In this document: one piece after another, positions 58,189-64,000 of the stretch
How positions within the stretch are numbered: position 1 is the stretch's first letter
Layout: every line of letters starts with the position of its first letter
Assembly: GCA_965217035.1 (NCBI GenBank)
Contig: OZ244226.1
Span: forward strand, 62,001 to 126,000
Direction of reading: 5' to 3'
Length of the DNA: 64,000 bases
Origin: Bacteriovoracaceae bacterium
GTDB taxonomy: Bacteria > Bdellovibrionota > Bacteriovoracia > Bacteriovoracales > Bacteriovoracaceae
The notes under the pieces: model-generated
Database searches by the model: none
Told to the model about the DNA's origin: nothing
The model's input: only the letters and a program-made list of their open reading frames with translations
Program-made: the position numbers and the translations under genes

Positions 58189-59058
58189 ATGTCTCAATTC
58201 CCAACTATTTTGTCATTCTTATTGTTTATCTCATGTGGAAGCGGAAACTCTTTTTTAGAAACCTCAAAAGTAATAAGTTCTCAAAACCCCGAGATTCGGC
58301 CAGCTCCGATTACTTCGAAGTCTTTAGAGGAACAAGTAAAAGAAATCTCTGGTCAGAAACTTTGGTTAGATTCTAAAAATACACCTTCCTTAAGATCAGA
58401 CTCGAATTGTAATGCTACAATAGTTGAAGGAGATAAAATCGGTTGTTGGACAGATTTATCAGGTAATAATAATCACCTCATTCAAACCAATACAAATAAA
58501 CAACCTAAGTATGAAAATGGAGTTGTGACTTTTGATGGGGGAGACTTCCTTATCGACGAAGATGGAAAAGACTATATCAATGGCAGCACAGGGCTTGAAA
58601 TCATCGCAGTTATAAAGCCTGCTCAAGTCAATACCGATAGGGCCTTTTGGGATACTGAAAAACGTGATAATCAAGATGACCTACCATCATTTCGTTACGA
58701 CAAGAAAGGATGGCTTAATAATTGTGAGCAATGCCTTAAAATTGGCGTAAAAACGAATCAAGGTGCTAGTGCAAGTGAATCAGCATCATTTCTTCAAAGT
58801 CTCAACGAACAAATTGTAAACGCTTCATGGAGCTCAGGAAGTTATCCTAAAATTTATGATCGCGGTGTTGAGGCCGTCTCAACTAATCCAGTCAATGTCT
58901 CTGGAGAAATCACAGGGGCAACGCGAGTTATGATTGGTGATGGGACTAAGCAAGCATGGAAAGGTCAGATTTTGGAAGTCCTCTATTATAATCGAGAACT
59001 TTCACAAGCTGAAAGAGGACTTCTTATTCAATACCTAGAAGAAAAATGGAATCTCTAA
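58189..59058 (+). CDS. Lipoprotein with a LamG/ConA-like domain
   Basis: Lipobox FISC; LWLDS...WTDLSGNNNH...PKY...FDG; WKGQILEVLYYNRELS...YLEEKW. Confidence 0.75.
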   Translation: MSQFPTILSFLLFISCGSGNSFLETSKVISSQNPEIRPAPITSKSLEEQVKEISGQKLWLDSKNTPSLRSDSNCNATIVEGDKIGCWTDLSGNNNHLIQTNTNKQPKYENGVVTFDGGDFLIDEDGKDYINGSTGLEIIAVIKPAQVNTDRAFWDTEKRDNQDDLPSFRYDKKGWLNNCEQCLKIGVKTNQGASASESASFLQSLNEQIVNASWSSGSYPKIYDRGVEAVSTNPVNVSGEITGATRVMIGDGTKQAWKGQILEVLYYNRELSQAERGLLIQYLEEKWNL

Positions 59059-59693
59059 CCAATAATCTTTAGGTCAGTTATTAATTTGTCTGGAATTTCG
59101 CTTGGTCTGCCTTCGCTCGTTTTTGGAAAATAACTCATAAAATCTTTATGAATTTTATCCATTGCTTTCTGAAGTCCGTTAAGGTGATGATCTTTTTTTA
59201 TTTCTTCAATGATAATAGCGACTATAGAATCCCAATATTGGGGATCAACTTTTTCATTGATAATCTTATCTGCTAAAACATAAACTTTTCGTTCTAAAAG
59301 TGAGACAAAAAGAAGAACTCCATTCCTTTCAGTTGTATGATGAATATTTAGTTCATAAAATAACTGAGTTGCTCTTTGAATAACTTCTTCATTCTTTTCA
59401 CTCTTACTAATAAAAAAATTTTTTATAAAAGGTACAAAGCTTAAAAAAGCACCAAGAATTATGAAACTGACTGTAAATTGTATTCTGTATTCTTCTAGGT
59501 CTAAAATGAGATAATTCGAAATGATATAACCAAAAAAACCAAAGGATAAAGCAGAACGATAATACGTAACAGGGTAGGGGTCAGAACTCTTCAGAATACA
59601 AGGGACAATTTCGATACTCGAATCAGCTTCAATATCAGTGATCTTCTTTTCGAGATTGAGTACATCGGATTTCTTTAAACTACCAGCTGCCAC
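59055..59693 (-). CDS. TPM-domain membrane protein
   Basis: IEADSSIEIVP, IHHTTERNGVLLFVSLLERKVYVLAD; probable GTG start at 59693 after GGAGGAGG. Confidence 0.8.
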   Translation of the reverse strand: MAAGSLKKSDVLNLEKKITDIEADSSIEIVPCILKSSDPYPVTYYRSALSFGFFGYIISNYLILDLEEYRIQFTVSFIILGAFLSFVPFIKNFFISKSEKNEEVIQRATQLFYELNIHHTTERNGVLLFVSLLERKVYVLADKIINEKVDPQYWDSIVAIIIEEIKKDHHLNGLQKAMDKIHKDFMSYFPKTSEGRPSEIPDKLITDLKIIG

Positions 59694-60390
59694 TTGCACC
59701 TCCTCCAGAAAAACCACCTCCGCCACCTGACCAGCCTCCGCTACTTCCTCCAGATGACCAGCCCCCATATGATCGAGAAGATCTATAATAACCGCCACGA
59801 CCGCCTCGTCCCCCAAATAAAAAAATAAGAATGAAAATAATATAAAAAATCACTCGAGGGAGACTTAAACTACGAGAACGTAAAGAACGCCTTCTTTTAG
59901 CACTACTTTGCAAGCTATTAGGTATCTTATGACCTAGCTCTTTAGTGATTGTCGCAAATACTGAGAAAACTCCGCCTGAGTAATCTCCATTACGAAAATA
60001 GGGCTTCATTGAATTAATGATTTGGCTTGATTTAAAATCAGTGAGAACTCCTTCAAGTCCTTGGCCAACCTCTAATCGCATTTTCTTATCTTTAAGAGCA
60101 ACTAAAAGAAGAAGACCTTTGTCTTCTTTTTCACTTCCAAGTTTCCATTCATCAGTCACTTTAATCGAATAGCCTTCAAGAGACTCATCCTCTAATGACT
60201 TTATAGAAAAGAACTGAAATTGAACTCCAGTACGATCTCTTAATTCAAAAAGAGCATGACTTAGCTGCTTCTTTTCAGAAGGTGAAAGTAGGTTGGCTTG
60301 ATCCATAACAGGACCTTGCAAACGAGGAATCTCTTTTGCAATAACCGAAGAAAGCAATCCTGAAAAAATGAAAAGAAAGAGAAGTTTCAC
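59680..60390 (-). CDS. TPM-domain protein with Gly-rich tail (YgcG-like)
   Basis: VMDQANLLS, WKLG, RLEVGQGLEGVLTD, GGGGFSGGGASGSW. Confidence 0.9.
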   Translation of the reverse strand: MKLLFLFIFSGLLSSVIAKEIPRLQGPVMDQANLLSPSEKKQLSHALFELRDRTGVQFQFFSIKSLEDESLEGYSIKVTDEWKLGSEKEDKGLLLLVALKDKKMRLEVGQGLEGVLTDFKSSQIINSMKPYFRNGDYSGGVFSVFATITKELGHKIPNSLQSSAKRRRSLRSRSLSLPRVIFYIIFILIFLFGGRGGRGGYYRSSRSYGGWSSGGSSGGWSGGGGGFSGGGASGSW

Positions 60391-60974
60391 TAAAATTGAA
60401 CCTTTGGAGCCTCTTTAATTTGATCAGTATTTTCAACTGTAAACTGAGCTTTTTTATCTTTTTTATAGAAGATAGAATTGGTCCATGAAGATGGAGGAAC
60501 TGTTACTAGATTATTAAACTGCTTCACCGATTCAATATAACGATTTCTTGCAACAGTAATACGATTCTCTGTTCCTTCGAGCTGGCTTTGTAATTGAAGA
60601 AAGTTTTGATCAGCTTTTAAGTTAGGGTATCTTTCAGCAACAACCATAAGCCTTGATAAGGCTCCGGCCAAACCTTGCTGTGCTTTTTGGTATTTCTTTA
60701 TAGAGTCAGTGCTTAAATCATTCACATTAAGAGTCGTTTTTGTAGCCTCAGCACGAGCTGAAATAACGGCTTCAAGAGTTTCTTTTTCATGAGCTGCATA
60801 TCCTTTAACAGTATTCACAAGATTGGGAATTAAATCGGCTCGACGTTTATACTGATTCGTGACCTCAGCAAGCTTAGCTTCAACTTCATTTTCAGCAGTA
60901 GGAATACTTTGAATACCACAAGAAACAAGAATAAAGCCCAAAGATATTAGAATCAAATTTTTCATATTTTTCAT
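60390..60974 (-). CDS. lemA: LemA family lipoprotein
   Basis: QYKRRADLIPNLV, ERYPNLKA, LEGTENRITVAR. Confidence 0.95.
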   Translation of the reverse strand: MKNMKNLILISLGFILVSCGIQSIPTAENEVEAKLAEVTNQYKRRADLIPNLVNTVKGYAAHEKETLEAVISARAEATKTTLNVNDLSTDSIKKYQKAQQGLAGALSRLMVVAERYPNLKADQNFLQLQSQLEGTENRITVARNRYIESVKQFNNLVTVPPSSWTNSIFYKKDKKAQFTVENTDQIKEAPKVQF

Positions 60975-61027
60975 AAAAATCTCCTTATCAAGATAATTAT
61001 AAGAGTTGGCTTAGAGATCGCCTAGGC

Positions 61028-61059
61028 TTCTACCCTATAATTTCCCTTATAGGGTAGAA
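61028..61059. promoter_or_regulatory. Perfect 13-bp inverted repeat with a 6-bp spacer
   Basis: TTCTACCCTATAA-TTTCCC-TTATAGGGTAGAA between divergent lemA and the OMP gene. Confidence 0.6.
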
Positions 61060-61160
61060 TTTTTATCCATTATTTATACGGAAAACTCCGCCAGTATTAG
61101 CCTAGTAATCTTCTTTTAATTACAATTAAACTAGAATTGAAACGTTCCTGGAGGCCTTTA

Positions 61161-61805
61161 ATGAAATTTCTTGTTGTTCTCTTGTTATCTGTTAGCGCGA
61201 ATCTCTATGCCCAACAAGGCGTTAGTGTTCAGTTTGATCCTTATACATTTATCCATGTTGGTGATTATGAAGTTGATGGTAACATTGATTCAGGTTCTTA
61301 CTCTGGCTTCGGTTTAGGAGTTAGAATTGGTGCTAGCACGCCATGGTTATGGCTCGGGCTTGATGGCAATGTGACGAAACCAAGTTTTAAATCTGATGGC
61401 CTTACGGCCGGTAATGATAGAAATGATCATCCTTTAGCTGATGGTCAAAACTTTGTCTCTTTGGGTGCTGGACTTGCTATAAAATTAGGCAGTTTAGTCA
61501 GGTTAACTTACACATACTTCCTCGATCAAAACCTCTCAGTTGATATCTCTTCGGGATCCGACTCAGGGGAATACAAATATCATGGGACAGGATACAAGGC
61601 CGGTATTGATTTTCAATTAGCTGAAGGCTTTCATCTTTTTGCTGAAAAATTTGTCTCGAGTATGGACCAATATGAACTTTCCCGAAACGTTGGAAGTCAG
61701 TTAGCGACAGGTGGTAAAGCCAATCGTCAAGCTTTTGAGATCGATGCCTACTCTATTGGTATTGGATTTAAATTGGCCTTTGGATCTTTAGGTTCCTTTA
61801 GATAA
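61161..61805 (+). CDS. Small outer-membrane beta-barrel protein
   Basis: GGAGG RBS, signal peptide LYA, amphipathic Gly/aromatic strands. Confidence 0.7.
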   Translation: MKFLVVLLLSVSANLYAQQGVSVQFDPYTFIHVGDYEVDGNIDSGSYSGFGLGVRIGASTPWLWLGLDGNVTKPSFKSDGLTAGNDRNDHPLADGQNFVSLGAGLAIKLGSLVRLTYTYFLDQNLSVDISSGSDSGEYKYHGTGYKAGIDFQLAEGFHLFAEKFVSSMDQYELSRNVGSQLATGGKANRQAFEIDAYSIGIGFKLAFGSLGSFR

Positions 61806-61813
61806 TAAAAATC

Positions 61814-62272
61814 CTAAGATTCAGACATCTTAACGATCTTATCAAACTCTTTCTTAGTCACGGGGAGAATAGAAAGACGATTTCCTTTTTGAATGAGTCG
61901 CATATCTTTAAGCGTTTTTTCTTCTTTAATTTCAGCTAAAGTCACAACTTTTTTGAACTTCTTTTTATATTTTACTTCCACCATAAACCACCGCGGATTA
62001 TCCTCTGGTGACTTAGGATCAAAATACTTTGATTTTTTATCCCAGGCAAAATAATCAGGATGCGACTCTTTAGAAACTGTCGCAAGACCAGCCACCCCTA
62101 TTTCTTTTGTATTAGAATGATAAAAAAGAACCATATCTCCTTTTTTCATTTCATCACGCATGAAGTTTCGAGCTTGATAGTTTCTCACACCTTCCCAAGG
62201 AGAAGTTTTATTCTTTTTGAGATCATCAATTGAATAAACATCTGGTTCACTTTTCATTAACCAATATTTCAT
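61814..62272 (-). CDS. EVE domain protein
   Basis: YWLMKSEP, WEGVRNYQARNFMR, FYHS, RLSILPV. Confidence 0.95.
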   Translation of the reverse strand: MKYWLMKSEPDVYSIDDLKKNKTSPWEGVRNYQARNFMRDEMKKGDMVLFYHSNTKEIGVAGLATVSKESHPDYFAWDKKSKYFDPKSPEDNPRWFMVEVKYKKKFKKVVTLAEIKEEKTLKDMRLIQKGNRLSILPVTKKEFDKIVKMSES

Positions 62273-62544
62273 TTTAATTCTCCTTGATTCCAGTTTTTAA
62301 GTTTTTGCTTTTGTCGGTTCCAAATAGCTTTCGCTAAATCCATTGTGTTCAAATCGACTTGAAATTTCTCAATTAATAACTCTGAGACGTCAAGTCGATA
62401 CAAGTGCTGCATTAAAGCACCCGAATTTTCAAAATAAAGCTCATCTACCCTCTTCTTCAGGTGCTCGATAATAAATTTCTCATTATCGAAAGCTTCGATT
62501 TCACGAATAAAGTCCACATCAAAAAAAGACCCATGATTGTTCAC
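62269..62544 (-). CDS. Hypothetical protein
   Basis: LMQHLYRLDVSE...IWNRQKQK; ATGA overlap with the EVE gene. Confidence 0.55.
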   Translation of the reverse strand: MNNHGSFFDVDFIREIEAFDNEKFIIEHLKKRVDELYFENSGALMQHLYRLDVSELLIEKFQVDLNTMDLAKAIWNRQKQKLKNWNQGELK

Positions 62545-62586
62545 GGGTCTTATAATTACCTAATTTATTTAGATTGTTAAGTCAGA

Positions 62587-64000
62587 CTAAACTTTTGTCT
62601 TATCAGACGAGAAATTGAGGGGCTGACGAACTTCAACGTATCCTCCACCTTTCGGCTTCGGAAATGGAATCTTCTTCAGAACATTCTTAATACAGCCTGT
62701 TCCTCTTTTTGAGAATTTACCATTTTTCGCAATGACTTTCGCAGAAGAAATCTTTCCTCCCTTATTAATCGTAAAGTCAAGATCAATAATACCTTTCAGA
62801 CGCTTATTTCTTCCCAACTCTTCTTGATAACAATACCGAAATTGTGGAATATGCTCTCTTAATAATCGTCTTAAGATATCTGGATCAATGGAACCGAGAA
62901 CAACAGTCTTCGTCGAAGTAAAATTAGAGTCGAAACCAGACTTTCCAAGCCCATTAGACTTATATCCTTTCCCGTTTCCATACTTTGAAGAACGTCCAAG
63001 TCCATTAATAGAACGTCCACCTCCCACAGTTTTTAGGGTTGAGCCATTTGCCAAAGCCATACTAGACGTCGCTGACGATGAACTAGATGAGCTCGATGCA
63101 AAGCTCTTAGATTTCACTTGTGAACTTCCTAGCATTTTACTAAAGTTTGCGGCCAGCTTAAGCTGAGGTCTCGTTTTTTTAGCAACTTTTCTCTTTTCGC
63201 TAGACTTAGCTTTGTTCTTAGCAATCTTACGATTCTTCTTATTCGTTTTTTTAGCCACTTTTTTGTTCTCAACTTTTTTAACTTTCTTTTTATTAGAAAT
63301 ATCAGAGACATCTTTCGCAATCTTCTTAGCCTCTTCTTTTTTAGCTGAATCATTTAGTTTGCTATCAGAAGCAAGAGATTGTTTTTTCTCTTTTTTCATC
63401 TTTTTCTTGTAGATGACAACAATATTTTTCTTTTCTTCTTTAATATCTTCAATGCTCACAAGTGTGAGGAGGAGAAACGGAAGGAAAAAAACCATAAACT
63501 TCTGGGCAACTCTTTTAGCCTCTCCCTTATCTCTCCAGAGCCAAGGAACATGTTGAGTTTTACTAACTGTTTTCCCAAAACGGATAAAGATCTGATGAAC
63601 ACCTTTCTCAAGAATAATTTCATTATCATTAGTTAAAACGACTTCATTAGTATCTTTTCCAATATTAGAAAATCCCTGAGGGGTTGTAATTGTAATCTTG
63701 CTACCCTCAAATTTTATTAACCTTTCTTTTTTCCTTGAAAATTCAATATAAGAATAAAGTTCATCAGAGAGGTAGTTATCAGCTTTTTTCCAGTTTTCTT
63801 CTGGAATAATATCATAGCTCATAATGTTTCCACGAGTGACAAAGACAATTTCAATACTTCTTTGACTCGTAAATTCTTCATCTTCTTTAAGGATTGGAAA
63901 ATACTCTCTATCCTCTTCTTCGATATAAGCCCTAGCGTTAAGAATATCATTGTCAAGAATGATTTGATTTGCATTCTTATGCTTAGACTCATCAAATTTA
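62587..64000 (-). CDS. AgmX/PglI C-terminal (TonB_C-like) gliding-motility-type protein, 5' end outside the window
   Basis: TM helix, Lys-rich linker, IRRLL-like segment ILRRLLREHIPQFRYCYQEEL, FPKPKGGGYVEVRQPLNF; the frame stays open from 63822 to the window edge. Confidence 0.8.
   Translation of the reverse strand, partial: KFDESKHKNANQIILDNDILNARAYIEEEDREYFPILKEDEEFTSQRSIEIVFVTRGNIMSYDIIPEENWKKADNYLSDELYSYIEFSRKKERLIKFEGSKITITTPQGFSNIGKDTNEVVLTNDNEIILEKGVHQIFIRFGKTVSKTQHVPWLWRDKGEAKRVAQKFMVFFLPFLLLTLVSIEDIKEEKKNIVVIYKKKMKKEKKQSLASDSKLNDSAKKEEAKKIAKDVSDISNKKKVKKVENKKVAKKTNKKNRKIAKNKAKSSEKRKVAKKTRPQLKLAANFSKMLGSSQVKSKSFASSSSSSSSATSSMALANGSTLKTVGGGRSINGLGRSSKYGNGKGYKSNGLGKSGFDSNFTSTKTVVLGSIDPDILRRLLREHIPQFRYCYQEELGRNKRLKGIIDLDFTINKGGKISSAKVIAKNGKFSKRGTGCIKNVLKKIPFPKPKGGGYVEVRQPLNFSSDKTKV

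Noticed and set aside
63823..64000. Possible separate gene or frameshift upstream of the agmX-like ORF
   Set aside because: Manual translation shows the same frame is open to the window edge; it is one 5'-truncated gene.
1..64000. CRISPR array, rRNA, integron attC array; numerous short antisense or out-of-frame ORFs in the track
   Set aside because: No regularly spaced repeats, rRNA-like sequence or cas/intI genes were seen; the short ORFs overlap well-supported genes.

Overview
AT-rich bacterial chromosomal segment. Gene content (TIGR02147/DUF4423 regulators, AgmX/PglI-type protein, DacB-ankyrin pair, mevalonate pathway, many orphan secreted proteins) points to a predatory Bdellovibrionota, probably Bacteriovoracia; this is inferred from gene content only. 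From left to right: a five-gene mevalonate cluster without HMG-CoA synthase; an S8 protease / FN3-like lipoprotein / LysM-beta-barrel locus; a dacB-ankyrin pair; a frameshifted IS5-family element; a secreted fungal-like GH15 glucoamylase divergent from an SSS-ROK-oxidoreductase-ampG operon; acs; a second, paralogous lipoprotein + beta-barrel pair; a collapsed prophage scar around tRNA-Gly(GCC); two TIGR02147 genes each divergent from secreted-protein genes; lpdA, an E2 gene, ileS (type 2) and tatA; two Xer-like tyrosine recombinases and two symmetric dif-like palindromes; proBA; lemA-TPM-TPM; an EVE protein; and a partial agmX-like gene. The best candidates for something new are (1) a repeated 'FN3-stalk lipoprotein with exchangeable tip + cognate outer-membrane barrel' module, (2) an atypical Xer/dif-like system near an apparent strand-bias switch, and (3) a putative prey-glycogen harvesting module.
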